From Dehalococcoidia bacterium (GTDB taxonomy: Bacteria > Chloroflexota > Dehalococcoidia > Lucifugimonadales > Lucifugimonadaceae), in the NCBI GenBank assembly GCA_963662485.1, contig OY759581.1, positions 1,488,001 to 1,552,000 of the forward strand: 64,000 bases of DNA, in the 5' to 3' direction. Positions 37,871-47,902 of this stretch are shown here, piece after piece. The notes under the pieces were generated by a model. It did no database searches and was not told the DNA's origin. It saw only the letters and a list, made by a program, of their open reading frames with translations. Position 1 is the first letter of the stretch, and each line of letters begins with the position of its first letter. A program made the translations under genes and the position numbers.

Positions 37871-39232
37871 TCACTGTGCCTCGCACAGATCCCACGCCAA
37901 CGCGATCATGCACTTGGTACCGCTAATCAGCGATTCGATGCCGACCGATTCGTCGGTGCCGTGCACGTTCGAAAGCATCGGATCATCGTCCGGGTGAGTG
38001 CCCGCGAATCCATAGGTAATGATGCCCAAGTTACGGGTGAAGCGGGAGTCGGTGAAACCGTTGCTCACCGCAGGTATCCACTGAATGTCGTCCCGCTCGA
38101 CGGCGTGGGCTTGCGCGCGCTTGATCGCTTCCGCCAAGTCGGTCTCGAACGGCGACGAGTTCGGCACTGACATGTAATCGATCTCGAACGACACGCCCTC
38201 GATATCACCGATGGTCTTTTCGATTTCGCTGCGGACATATTCCTCGTTCTGGAACGGCAATGTCCTGACGTCGCAAGTGACCGTGATGTGTTCCGGTACG
38301 CTGTTCGACTTGATTCCGCCGCTGATCATCGTCGGCGTCCACACCATCCGCGACAATGCGCGCAACATCGAGCTCAAACGCGGGGTATCTTGTTCAAGCT
38401 CAGCGATGATGCGGTCTACGTTCTCCGGGTTTGGTTTCTCCTCAATCCCAAAGCGGTTCAGGTAGTCAAAGATCGGCAACGACGTATCGATCTCCGGCTC
38501 GTAGTTTTCGATGCGCTGCAACACCCGCCAAAGCCGCGTGGACGCGTTGACGCCTTGCCAAGGTACCGATGCGTGCGCGCTTTCGCCTCTCAGCGTGATT
38601 TCGATCTCCAATCGCCCCTTCTCGCCGGTGCCGAGCAGGTATGACAGCACGCCTCCCTGTTCCACCGGCGTACCTCCACCCTCATTGACCGCGAAGTCTG
38701 ATTCCAGTGATTCTGGGTGATTGTCCGCCAGCCATCCAAAGCCCCAGCGTCCGCCGTGTTCTTCGTCCGCGCCGCTGACCAGCCGTAAACCGTGTTGCAA
38801 CTCCACACGATTGCGCTTCAAAATCGCCATTGCCATCATCTGCGCCGTCAGCAATGCTTTGCAGTCAGACGCGCCGCGCCCGTAGATTCGCCCGCCCGAG
38901 ACTTGCGCGCCGAACGGCTCCCAAGACCACTTCGACTCGTCCTCAACCGGCACTGTGTCGGTATGCGACATGAACATCAAGCGGCACCGCGGCTCTTGGC
39001 CCGGATAAACGGCGATGATGTTACCGCGCTCTGGATCGCGGGCCAGAATCTGCGTGTCAGTGATGCCCTCGGTGTGGAACCAGTCTTGGATGAACTCCGC
39101 TAACGCCGTCTCATCACCCGTCGGCATCTGACCCGTGTTCACCGTCGGGATCTGTATCATCTGCCGCTCAAGCTCCACGATCTCCGCCGCGGAAGCGTCC
39201 ACCTCTTCAAGTAGTTGCTCTAGGGTTGCCAT
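37871..39232 (-). CDS. M20 family metallopeptidase (ArgE/DapE/ACY1/CPG2-like)
   Basis: 453-aa ORF carrying MSHTDTVP, GRGASDCK and GADEEHGG metal-site blocks. Confidence 0.85.
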   Translation of the reverse strand: MATLEQLLEEVDASAAEIVELERQMIQIPTVNTGQMPTGDETALAEFIQDWFHTEGITDTQILARDPERGNIIAVYPGQEPRCRLMFMSHTDTVPVEDESKWSWEPFGAQVSGGRIYGRGASDCKALLTAQMMAMAILKRNRVELQHGLRLVSGADEEHGGRWGFGWLADNHPESLESDFAVNEGGGTPVEQGGVLSYLLGTGEKGRLEIEITLRGESAHASVPWQGVNASTRLWRVLQRIENYEPEIDTSLPIFDYLNRFGIEEKPNPENVDRIIAELEQDTPRLSSMLRALSRMVWTPTMISGGIKSNSVPEHITVTCDVRTLPFQNEEYVRSEIEKTIGDIEGVSFEIDYMSVPNSSPFETDLAEAIKRAQAHAVERDDIQWIPAVSNGFTDSRFTRNLGIITYGFAGTHPDDDPMLSNVHGTDESVGIESLISGTKCMIALAWDLCEAQ

Positions 39233-39377
39233 GCGCTCCGTCCCCGTTCTGTATGCGTGTCAACAACATTACAATTTACGCCCCCCAGTGCGCCGAAGCA
39301 GTGGGATTGCCCCGCCGACGATGCCTGTTCGGGCATCCTCGATGTTCCGCGTTACTATGTAAGGTAGGAGCAGAAAC

Positions 39378-39620
39378 ATGAAAGTAAGGATCAAAACGAA
39401 CCGCCAAGTTGAGTTTCCGCAGGAAGCGTTAGATGCGCTCGGTGCCAATCCGGGCGACCAACTCGAACTCGTAAAGACGGACAGCGGATATCTGCTACGA
39501 AACCATTCTCTCGACGTTAGCAAGTTGGCTCCACTAAGTCACTTGGTCAAACCTGACACACCACCGTTCGACATTCACAAGTTCCGCGAGGGTGGGTATG
39601 GCGCCTCGGTACGGGTTTGA
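39378..39620 (+). CDS. AbrB/MazE/SpoVT-family antitoxin-like protein (80 aa)
   Basis: MKVRIKTNRQVEFPQEALDALGANPGDQLELV is a SpoVT-AbrB swapped-hairpin motif. An SD (AGGTAGGAG) lies upstream. Confidence 0.8.
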   Translation: MKVRIKTNRQVEFPQEALDALGANPGDQLELVKTDSGYLLRNHSLDVSKLAPLSHLVKPDTPPFDIHKFREGGYGASVRV

Positions 39621-39706
39621 CACCATATCGATGGCAGTTTGATCACATTCCCTATGGGCGAATTGTTCGGGTAATCCTTCCCGGAAATCCGCAAAGGAAA
39701 AGAACC

Positions 39707-39949
39707 ATGTATTTGAAAATCACAAACAATCGGCAGGTGACGATCCCTAAGCGCGTCCTTGACTCCCTAGGGGTAGGGCCTGGCGACAAGTTGGAACTAG
39801 AACAGACCGATGACGGGTTAGTTCTGCGCCCGCGGCGGATCAAGCTTGAACTGCTTGGCACGTTAAATGACGATATCCCTGATGATCATGAACCTTCCGA
39901 CATCGGGACATTCCGAGACCAGACCTACGATCCCTCCCTGCGGGACTGA
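39707..39949 (+). CDS. AbrB/MazE/SpoVT-family antitoxin-like protein (80 aa, paralogue)
   Basis: Starts at ATG 39707 (MYLKITNNRQVTIPKRVLDSLGVGPGDKLELE). It has the same length and the same C-terminal pattern (DI..FR...Y..S.R) as the upstream gene. Confidence 0.8.
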   Translation: MYLKITNNRQVTIPKRVLDSLGVGPGDKLELEQTDDGLVLRPRRIKLELLGTLNDDIPDDHEPSDIGTFRDQTYDPSLRD

Positions 39950-40088
39950 TCGAAGGATGGCTAACCTGGCCGACACTCGGTTGCTTTGAGCGCGACCGTG
40001 CGTTCAGATAACGGCTAGGGCCGCCGTTCGATCGCGCATACGAATACCGGACGTATCAGACTCACCAACGACTCGGCATTCGACCGCG

Positions 40089-41261
40089 TCAAATCTTGAC
40101 GAAAACGTTGCTCTTCGTTCCGTCGTCGCTTGATCCATCGTCGCGGGCGTAGATGTTCGGGATCCGACCGGCTGCGCGGTCAGACTTTGTGCGTTCCCAT
40201 TCGCGTTCGAGGTCTGCGGTGTGTCCTCGGAACCTCGGCATCACGTAGCGCGCAAAGAGTTCTTGCGAATACATGATGTGACGAATCGGCATCCACTCAT
40301 GCGTCGTCATCATCAGACCGCCTATGCCGCCAGTTTCCTCAACGATTGCCTCGATCTGCTCGATCGCGTCGTCAGGCGTGCCGATGATCCATCGCCGACT
40401 GTCGATGATCTGCTCGAACGACAAGTCTTCGGGTCGTTGATCTTGGTGGACAAGCCAGCTGCGCGCGGTGTTGATGGTGTAGAAGTAGTTGTGCACATCG
40501 CGGATCGCGCCGTTACGAGCTTGTTCAATCGCCTCTTCGCGTGTGTCGGCGAGATGCACGTAAGTAACGACTCGCCAATCGTCTTTGGATGGTGATGTCC
40601 CGTGCTTCGCCGCGGCGTCCACCACTTCATCCCAATGTCGTGCAAGCGGCACTGCGTCTGGCCCGCCACCGCTGGCGATCGAGAAGCACATCATCTCGTA
40701 CTGCGCGACGAAATCTAGCGAGCGTTTTGAACCTACCGACGGTGTCGCGAGTTTAAGGCGCGGTTGCTGATACGAGCGCAGTTGCAGCGCCATGTCGTTT
40801 ATCGACCAGTATTCGCCGTCGTAAGTGATCGGATCTGGAGATTCGAGTAGCTTGACGATGATATCGGTAGATTCCCGCATCATCGCGTTGAGGTCTTTGC
40901 CCGGAAGGTTGAACCTCTGCACGTCGGTCGGTAGACCGCTGGGTCCAACTCCCAAAACCGTCCGACCACGTGTCAGGTGATCGAGAAACGCGAACCGTTC
41001 GGCAACGTGGAATGGGTGATGGAATGGTAACGAGACGACTCCGGTGCCGAGCGTGATGCGAGTCGCAGTTGCCGATGCTTTAGCCAACACCATCTCTGGT
41101 GCCGGCATCGTCTCCCAGGCGGCAGAATGGTGCTCACCGATGAAATACTCGTCGAACCCCATCTTTTCGGCGTAGTTGATCAGGTCGATATCGCGCTCGA
41201 ACGCCAACGAAGGATTCTCGTTGGGGGTGTGCAACGGCATCATGAAAAACGCGAACTTCAT
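40089..41261 (-). CDS. LLM-class (luciferase-like) flavin-dependent monooxygenase
   Basis: 390-aa ORF whose start (MKFAFFMMPLH...YFIGEHHS) and internal block (GRTVLGVGPSG) are typical of the family. Confidence 0.9.
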   Translation of the reverse strand: MKFAFFMMPLHTPNENPSLAFERDIDLINYAEKMGFDEYFIGEHHSAAWETMPAPEMVLAKASATATRITLGTGVVSLPFHHPFHVAERFAFLDHLTRGRTVLGVGPSGLPTDVQRFNLPGKDLNAMMRESTDIIVKLLESPDPITYDGEYWSINDMALQLRSYQQPRLKLATPSVGSKRSLDFVAQYEMMCFSIASGGGPDAVPLARHWDEVVDAAAKHGTSPSKDDWRVVTYVHLADTREEAIEQARNGAIRDVHNYFYTINTARSWLVHQDQRPEDLSFEQIIDSRRWIIGTPDDAIEQIEAIVEETGGIGGLMMTTHEWMPIRHIMYSQELFARYVMPRFRGHTADLEREWERTKSDRAAGRIPNIYARDDGSSDDGTKSNVFVKI

Positions 41262-41430
41262 CTTGGTATCTCCGATGTTCCGGGTGAATCTAGTTATGCG
41301 ATTTTAGTTGCACCCACGCGCATTGAATCGCGAGCGGCGGATTTTCGACAATCGCGTTAGCGCTTAGCCACGTCGTGTAGGCGCAAACTTCGATATCGGC
41401 TTCTCCGTTCAAGAATAGGCTACGAAAGTC

Positions 41431-42444
41431 ATGTCCAAAGCACGCGTCTTCACCTCTCTGATAACCGGCCTGCTACTGTTAACCGCCGCGTCAATCGCCT
41501 GCGGTGGCGAAGGCGGCGCCCAAAACGTCGCGTACGTCACCGAATCGGAGAACCAGCACCTGTTCCTCCTCGATCGCGCCGGCGAAGAGAACAAAGTCGT
41601 CAACGAATCCGTGTTCGCTCCCGAATGGTCGCCGAATTACAAGCAAGTGGCGTATCTGGCGAACGTTACCGATGGCAAAGGCTTGCTCAAGACTTGGGAT
41701 CGCGGCAACGAAGGCACCGAGCGCGTTCCAGATTCGCCCGACACCGTCGAGATGTTCTTCTGGTCTCCGGACTCCCGCAAGATTGCTTACCAAGCGACTT
41801 CTGCCGACGGTTCGCAATCCGAGGTATTCATCTACGACTTTGCCGAAGAACGAACCACGCTTCTGGCGTCGGAACCGACTGGTAACGTGGAACTCGGCAA
41901 CTGGTCCGGCGACAACGAGTGGGTCGTGATGTGTCTAAACATCGACGGTGTGCCAGGGCTATACAAGCGGTCCGTGCACGGTGTGGACGAGGTGCAGTTG
42001 ACCGACTACGAAGACATCCGTCCTCGGTTCTCCAAAGACGGCAAACGCGTTGCATTCATGCGCAAACTGCCTGACGGATCGACCGACCTTTACGCCTTCG
42101 ATGTTGACACCGGTAACGGGCCGAGCGCGGCGAAGGCGTTAACTAGCCGCGACGGCGACGAGACCGATTTCGAATGGTCGCCCGATGGCAAAAACATCGT
42201 CTTCGTATCGGAGATCGATGGTAATCCTGAAATCTACGCCGTCGACACGCGCGAGAAAAAAGTCCGACGATTAACTCAGAACCGTATCGTGGACGCAGAC
42301 CCGAAATGGTCGATTGGTGGGGACAGGGTTCTTTTCCGCTCCGACACCGACGGGAAGTATCGTCTTTTCGCCGCCGATTTCAAATCCGGCGCGCAGGTTA
42401 GGATCCACGAGGCGCAGACAAGCATCGTAGCTGCTGATTGGTAG
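41431..42444 (+). CDS. PD40/TolB-like beta-propeller lipoprotein
   Basis: Has a signal peptide and lipobox (AASIAC). PD40 repeats recur along the protein: WSPDSRKIAY, FSKDGKRVAF, WSPDGKNIVF and KWSIGGDRVLF. Confidence 0.8.
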   Translation: MSKARVFTSLITGLLLLTAASIACGGEGGAQNVAYVTESENQHLFLLDRAGEENKVVNESVFAPEWSPNYKQVAYLANVTDGKGLLKTWDRGNEGTERVPDSPDTVEMFFWSPDSRKIAYQATSADGSQSEVFIYDFAEERTTLLASEPTGNVELGNWSGDNEWVVMCLNIDGVPGLYKRSVHGVDEVQLTDYEDIRPRFSKDGKRVAFMRKLPDGSTDLYAFDVDTGNGPSAAKALTSRDGDETDFEWSPDGKNIVFVSEIDGNPEIYAVDTREKKVRRLTQNRIVDADPKWSIGGDRVLFRSDTDGKYRLFAADFKSGAQVRIHEAQTSIVAADW

Positions 42445-42553
42445 AACGAGACAAAACGCTAGTCTCGTTCACGCGACGATCGAGTTTACCGTCGCGCCGT
42501 CCGCTTCACGACTTGGTCATATTCCGCTCGTCATACCCGAACGGGTTATGCCG

Positions 42554-43552
42554 TCATTTGCGGGATGAAAACATCTTCGCGATCCACGATTCGCGGCGTC
42601 CAGCGCGCGATTGTGATTGAGAGGATGCCGTGCCCTTTGCCGCAACGCTCTCTTTCCTCTGATCCGGCGGGACCGGACGGGGACGCGACGCGACGGCGAG
42701 AGGTCGTCGATCGGTGCGCGCTTGAGGCTTGGCACTGCCCTGCCCGATGCCGACGATGCGACGTCGGTTTGCGGTTCGGCGAACGCTGTTCTCCGAGTCG
42801 CCGGCCGAATGTCCATTGGATTTGGCTCGGTTATTTCGGGATGCGCCGTAGGCATGTCGACGGTCTGGGTAACGATGCGTAAACGGCCTTTTCGCCTGCG
42901 CTGGTGATCTTGCAGCCGATTTGTCCTCACCGTTGGGTGATGCTGCTTCATCGGTCACGCGCCGTCGCATCGCCGCAGTTCGCACGTTGTTCGACTTCTG
43001 CCCCGCGGACATCCAAACATCGTTGAAGTAGCCCTTGTCGAACTTGATCAAAACATCCGAAACGCGCGCCGCTTCCGACGATAGGTTCGAGTCGAATGCC
43101 GCGACCTCGACCTGCTTGCCGGTGTCTTTGACGACTTGAATAGCCGGGTAAAAATCGGCATCGCCGCTGACTAGGATCGCGGTGTCGTAATGATCCTGGT
43201 AAGCGTGAGAGATCAGGTCCGCGGCGATCATCACATCTACGCCCTTCTCGACCATCGTCTGGCCCCGTTGCTTCCAGATGCCGAGTTTGACCTCCAGATA
43301 ATCGGTCTCGTAGAGGGCGTTGAGGAATCGATCTTGAGACTCCGCCAACTTCGGGTTTTCCGGCGAATCTTGTCGAATGTTGTAGTAGTAGGTGCGGATC
43401 AGCTCTCGGTCACCGCAGAGCTTTTCAGAGAATTTCTTGTAGTCGAGGTCTAGTTTATCGGCGTTCTGTTTCAGTACGTGGTAGAGGTTGCTGCCGTCGA
43501 TGAATATCATCACGCGACGGCCCGCGTTCCCCGTGGTGTTGTGGTTTCGCAT
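42554..43552 (-). CDS. NYN (LabA-like) domain protein with an Arg-rich low-complexity C-terminal tail
   Basis: The first ATG is at 43552. The NYN blocks are VMIFIDGSNLYH and ILVSGDADFYPAIQVV. The last 160 or so residues are rich in R, S and A with no recognisable fold. Confidence 0.8.
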   Translation of the reverse strand: MRNHNTTGNAGRRVMIFIDGSNLYHVLKQNADKLDLDYKKFSEKLCGDRELIRTYYYNIRQDSPENPKLAESQDRFLNALYETDYLEVKLGIWKQRGQTMVEKGVDVMIAADLISHAYQDHYDTAILVSGDADFYPAIQVVKDTGKQVEVAAFDSNLSSEAARVSDVLIKFDKGYFNDVWMSAGQKSNNVRTAAMRRRVTDEAASPNGEDKSAARSPAQAKRPFTHRYPDRRHAYGASRNNRAKSNGHSAGDSENSVRRTANRRRIVGIGQGSAKPQARTDRRPLAVASRPRPVPPDQRKESVAAKGTASSQSQSRAGRRESWIAKMFSSRK

Positions 43553-43909
43553 CAATCAAAGCCCTTCTAATTGAGCCCCGACCTCCCGATTGTTAAGTGT
43601 CATGATGTAGTTCCCAAGTTGCGGTTTGATCTTGCAACGCAGCGTCCGAGCATCTTCTTCAGTAGGCGATTAGGAGGTACGGGAGCGAATCGGTTTCAGT
43701 GTTGTATCGCATCTGCCCCGTCGGTTCGGAGCTTGATACCCGCCTAACTTCACGATTCAGAGTCTATCATGTCCGATCATCGCCGTTCCTGCGCGCCATC
43801 CGCACGAATCCGCCTTTCTGAGCGCGCCTGCAACTCGCATTCGTTGCGTCTTGGGGTTAAACTACATGCAAACACGCAACTCAACCAATTCGATTGGAGT
43901 GAATCGACG

Positions 43910-44632
43910 ATGACAATGACAGCGACGCGTTCGAGTGTAGGTATCACCATTCCCACGCCGTGCGAGATGCCGAATGGCTTGCAGTGGCATGACGACGAAC
44001 TCTACGTGATGGACCAGCTTACCGACAACATCTACGTGATCGACGAGGCTGGTGCCGTCTTGAGGACGATCTACACTGCCACCGAAAACGGATCCGGCAT
44101 CACGGTAGGCGACGGTCACATCTGGACCGGCTCCAACGGCACAACCGTCTCTCGCCCGTACCGCAGCACCGATACCCATCTTGGTTATGTGATGAAGCTC
44201 GATCCTGACACCGGGGAGACTGTTGACCGTTGGCGCACACCAGACGGCGGCGGCATTCACGGAATCGAGTGGGACCATGACCAGGACCTGCTCTGGGTTA
44301 CCGCGTTTAGCCCTAAGGCGATCATTCTCGTCGACCCGTCTGACGATTTCAAGGTCGTTCACAAGTTCGAGGTCGAGCTCGAACGTTTGCACGGTCTAGC
44401 TCTTGAAGGCGACGTTGGCATCTGGTGCGCTCACACGACCGACAATGTCGTCGTCCTTTACGACAAAGATGACGGCACAGAGCTGGACCGCATCGAGATG
44501 GGCCCAGAAGACCCGTTCGTGCACGGGATGTCGAAGAAAGACGGCGTTCTGTGGTTCGGAGACGCTAATTTCGCAGGAAGCCACGGCACCGCCGTACGCG
44601 GAGGTCCCTCCATCGGCACCATCGTGCGATAA
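43910..44632 (+). CDS. beta-propeller protein (glutamine-cyclotransferase-like, tentative)
   Basis: Starts at ATG 43910. Repeated blade-like segments include NGLQWHDDELYVMD, GITVGDGHIWTG, HGIEWDHDQDLLWV and HGLALEGDVGIWC. The family call is tentative. Confidence 0.5.
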   Translation: MTMTATRSSVGITIPTPCEMPNGLQWHDDELYVMDQLTDNIYVIDEAGAVLRTIYTATENGSGITVGDGHIWTGSNGTTVSRPYRSTDTHLGYVMKLDPDTGETVDRWRTPDGGGIHGIEWDHDQDLLWVTAFSPKAIILVDPSDDFKVVHKFEVELERLHGLALEGDVGIWCAHTTDNVVVLYDKDDGTELDRIEMGPEDPFVHGMSKKDGVLWFGDANFAGSHGTAVRGGPSIGTIVR

Positions 44633-44769
44633 GCGTCGGGCACACATGCCCACCAAACACCGACACCTGAATACGGAGTCGGAAACGAAAGCCGAAACGC
44701 GCACCTGGGGGCGGCCGGCAAGGTCGCCCCGTATCGCATTGAAACGTATCTCGCGGGACACTCGAAATC

Positions 44770-45603
44770 ATGACCGTTGTCGATAGCCACCACCACTTTT
44801 GGGACCTTGACATCCGACCCTACGATTGGATGCCTGAAGGCAGTCCGTTGCGGGTCAACTACGGGCCGGATGAACTGCGACCACTGCTCGCCGAAGCCGG
44901 CGTCGACAAAACCGTCATCGTCCAAGCTCACGCGTCCGTCGAAGAGACGAAATGGTGCCTCGAAATCGCCGAGAACACCGATTTCGTCGCCGGCGTCGTC
45001 GGATGGGTTGATCTCAGCGAACCCAATGTCGGCAAGGTGCTGGACGACCTGCAACAGAGTCCGTATTTTAAAGGCGTCCGACACTTGTGGGAGATGGACG
45101 AAGATCACGGATGGCTCGCCGGCGATGCACCAATCAACGGCTTGCGTGAGATAGAACGCCGGGGACTCTGTTACGACTTTCTGGTACGTCCTTGGAATCT
45201 CCCATTCGTTCCGCGCATCATGGAACACGTCCCGGATCTCCGAGCCGTCATCGATCACATCGCGAAACCCAACATCAAGGAACGCGAGATCGAGCCGTGG
45301 CTAACTCGATTGCGCGACGTTGCCAGCATCGATGGGATGCGTTGCAAAGTGTCGGGCATGACCACCGAAGCGGACATGGAGAACTGGACGAACGCCGATT
45401 TGTTGCCCTACGTCCATCACGTTGTCGGCATGTTCGGAGTTGACCGCCTAATGTTCGGTTCCGACTGGCCAGTATCGACACAAGGAACGACCTACCCCGG
45501 TTGGGCTGAATCGGTCCGCGACATGCTCAAAAACCTCCCGCCGGAGCAGGCCGAATACGTCTTTGGCAACACAGCGATTGAGTTCTATCGTTTGGAGGTG
45601 TGA
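44770..45603 (+). CDS. amidohydrolase-2 family metal-dependent hydrolase (lactonase/decarboxylase-like)
   Basis: 277-aa ORF with the start MTVVDSHHHFWDL and the late block FGSDWPV. Confidence 0.85.
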   Translation: MTVVDSHHHFWDLDIRPYDWMPEGSPLRVNYGPDELRPLLAEAGVDKTVIVQAHASVEETKWCLEIAENTDFVAGVVGWVDLSEPNVGKVLDDLQQSPYFKGVRHLWEMDEDHGWLAGDAPINGLREIERRGLCYDFLVRPWNLPFVPRIMEHVPDLRAVIDHIAKPNIKEREIEPWLTRLRDVASIDGMRCKVSGMTTEADMENWTNADLLPYVHHVVGMFGVDRLMFGSDWPVSTQGTTYPGWAESVRDMLKNLPPEQAEYVFGNTAIEFYRLEV

Positions 45604-45736
45604 CGGTCTCCGATTGTTCGCCACTTTTGATGCAAAAATGGATCATTCATGGTATGATATGAACAACGTCGATAAAACGCACGTTGGATCACAACAACAC
45701 GACAGGTTTCGACGCTAATTCTGAAAGGGCTACTCG

Positions 45737-45952
45737 ATGAACGCCAAACAAGAACCTGAAGTCGCCACCAAGGTTGACATCGCCAATGTCCGAACCGAGA
45801 TGGCGCAACTTGAAACTCGATTGGTCAAGCAGATAGAACGCGTCAGAACCGAGGTCGCGAGCGTAAAGTTCGACTTGTTGAAGTGGCTCGTCCCGATCAT
45901 GCTTGGGCAATCTGCCGCGATGTATGCTGTCGCGAGGCTCTGGGGTGGATAG
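45737..45952 (+). CDS. small coiled-coil membrane-anchored protein (71 aa, DUF1640/CCDC90-like C-terminal module)
   Basis: A heptad-like segment (VRTEMAQLETRLVKQIERVRTEV) is followed by a TM helix (LLKWLVPIMLGQSAAMYAVARLW). Confidence 0.5.
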   Translation: MNAKQEPEVATKVDIANVRTEMAQLETRLVKQIERVRTEVASVKFDLLKWLVPIMLGQSAAMYAVARLWGG

Positions 45953-46004
45953 GTCGATCGGTCCGACTGTGTTAGTTCTGCTTTCTGTTCACGTTGATTA
46001 ATCA

Positions 46005-46034
46005 TTGACTGCGCCTTAAAGTTTCTTTGATACT
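46005..46034 (+). promoter_or_regulatory. candidate sigma-70 promoter (TTGACT, 18-nt spacer, GATACT)
   Basis: The -35 element TTGACT lies at 46005-46010 and the -10 element GATACT at 46029-46034, about 30 nt upstream of the ATG at 46066. This is a pattern match only. Confidence 0.3.
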
Positions 46035-46065
46035 GCGCGTCAAACCGGGTTGTAAGATTGCTTGA

Positions 46066-46977
46066 ATGATCCAGACGGGTTCAAGCGCGCCTTTGCTCGA
46101 AGCGCGTGACCTTTCGAAGCGCTATGGCACAGTTCAAGCGCTCGATGCCGCATCGTTCACCGTCGGCGCTGGCATCACTGGACTCCTCGGGCCTAATGGA
46201 GCGGGAAAAAGCACCGCGATCCGCATCTTCCTTGGTCTAACCGACGCGACCTCAGGATCGGCGTTCGTAATGGGCTCGGACGCCCGCAATCCCTCGGCGC
46301 GCGCTCGGATCGGCTACATGCCTGAACACGACTGTCTGCCATCTAACCAGTCGGCCGCCAATTTCGTGACCCTCATGGCAGAAGTCAGTGGCATCCCGTC
46401 GTCCCGATCGCGTGCTCTCGCCGCCGACACCCTTCGGCACGTAGGGCTTTTTGAAGAGCGTTACCGCCCTATCGGCGGCTACTCAACCGGCATGAAGCAG
46501 CGCGTCAAATTGGCGCAGGCACTGGTCCATGACCCGGTATTGATCTTGCTTGATGAACCCACCGCCGGACTCGATCCGACTGGCCGCACTGAGATGTTGA
46601 ATCTCATTCGTCGCATCGCTCGGGAGTTTGGGATCAGCATCGTGCTCTCGACACACTTGATGCAGGATGTCGAGCGGACCTGCGACAACATTGTTCTCCT
46701 TGACGGTGGGCGCGTCAAAGAATCGTCCGATGTCGCATCTCTCACCGAAGAAACCGAACTGATCTACGTCGAGGTTGCCAACAACCGCGACCAGTTCATG
46801 GGCGAGCTCTCAAGGCGCGAGGTCAGGCACGCGCTCGAAGGAAACGTAGTCTCGATCAACGATGTTGACGGCGACAAATACGATGCGATCCGAGACGCAT
46901 TAGTCGAGTCCAACGCGAGGCTGGTCCGCATGGGGCCGCGTCAACGCGCCCTAATCGACCTTTTTCGGAGCAACTGA
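46066..46977 (+). CDS. ABC transporter ATP-binding protein
   Basis: Carries Walker A (GPNGAGKST), the signature YSTGMKQR and Walker B (LILLDEPT). Confidence 0.9.
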   Translation: MIQTGSSAPLLEARDLSKRYGTVQALDAASFTVGAGITGLLGPNGAGKSTAIRIFLGLTDATSGSAFVMGSDARNPSARARIGYMPEHDCLPSNQSAANFVTLMAEVSGIPSSRSRALAADTLRHVGLFEERYRPIGGYSTGMKQRVKLAQALVHDPVLILLDEPTAGLDPTGRTEMLNLIRRIAREFGISIVLSTHLMQDVERTCDNIVLLDGGRVKESSDVASLTEETELIYVEVANNRDQFMGELSRREVRHALEGNVVSINDVDGDKYDAIRDALVESNARLVRMGPRQRALIDLFRSN

Positions 46978-46980
46978 CAC

Positions 46981-47898
46981 GTGCTTCCTGACCAAAACGC
47001 CGAGCGTACCGGCAGGGTGTTCGACATCGGTTATCAGTCGTACGCGGGCAACCGCGAAGGCCGAAGCCGTGCTTGGCAAACGATGTTTTGGGACGGCGTT
47101 AAGAACGGCATGGGCATCGGACGCGGCGGTTGGGCGAAGTTCCTGCCTTGGATCGTGGTAGCGCCGACGATCCTCACGGGGCTAGTGTTCGCCGCCATCG
47201 CCGCTTTTTTCGAACAACTGAATGTAGAAGTCGATGGTGGCGGCGGTGCCACTGCCTTGGATCTTCCCGGACATCAAGACTTGATCTCGGTCACCGGATT
47301 TCTGCTCCTGATATTTGCCGCGTTCATCGGTCCCGAACTCGTTTGTCCGGATCGACGAAACCGAGTGATACACCTTTACTTTGTCAGGCCAATCGCCTTG
47401 ATCGATTACCTCGGGGCGCGATGGTGCGCTCTAGTCGCGCTGTTGATCGCCGCCGGTCTCCTACCCCACTTGACCCTATGGATCGGATTGCTCATGGGCG
47501 TTCCAGATGCCGTCGGACACATTCAAGACAACTGGGGCGACATTCCGAGATTCGTCGGTAACAGCGTAGCTTTTGCCGTCTTCGCCGCGTCCTTGACCTT
47601 CGCGGTCAGCGCCATAACAGACCGTCGGATGATCGCGACACTTATCGCTGTCAGCGTCCTTATGATCTCGTCGTTCGGCGAATTCATCGTTAACACCTTC
47701 AATCCCTCAGAAACTGCGGGCGATCTAGTCGAGCTAGTCGATCTGATTGGACTCAATACTGGGCACATGCCCTCAATGTTCTTTGGCACGTACAGCGAAA
47801 ATCACGATCTGAACATGGCGGTCCCGATCGCTTGGATTCTGCTTCTGACCGCTCTGTCTCTGTTCGCGACATGGCGGTTCTATAAAGCCCAGAGATAA
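46981..47898 (+). CDS. ABC-2-type transporter permease
   Basis: 305-aa ORF with a GTG start, a cytoplasmic head and about 6 TM helices. It starts 3 nt after the ATPase gene. Confidence 0.7.
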   Translation: MLPDQNAERTGRVFDIGYQSYAGNREGRSRAWQTMFWDGVKNGMGIGRGGWAKFLPWIVVAPTILTGLVFAAIAAFFEQLNVEVDGGGGATALDLPGHQDLISVTGFLLLIFAAFIGPELVCPDRRNRVIHLYFVRPIALIDYLGARWCALVALLIAAGLLPHLTLWIGLLMGVPDAVGHIQDNWGDIPRFVGNSVAFAVFAASLTFAVSAITDRRMIATLIAVSVLMISSFGEFIVNTFNPSETAGDLVELVDLIGLNTGHMPSMFFGTYSENHDLNMAVPIAWILLLTALSLFATWRFYKAQR

Positions 47899-47902
47899 AC
47901 GA

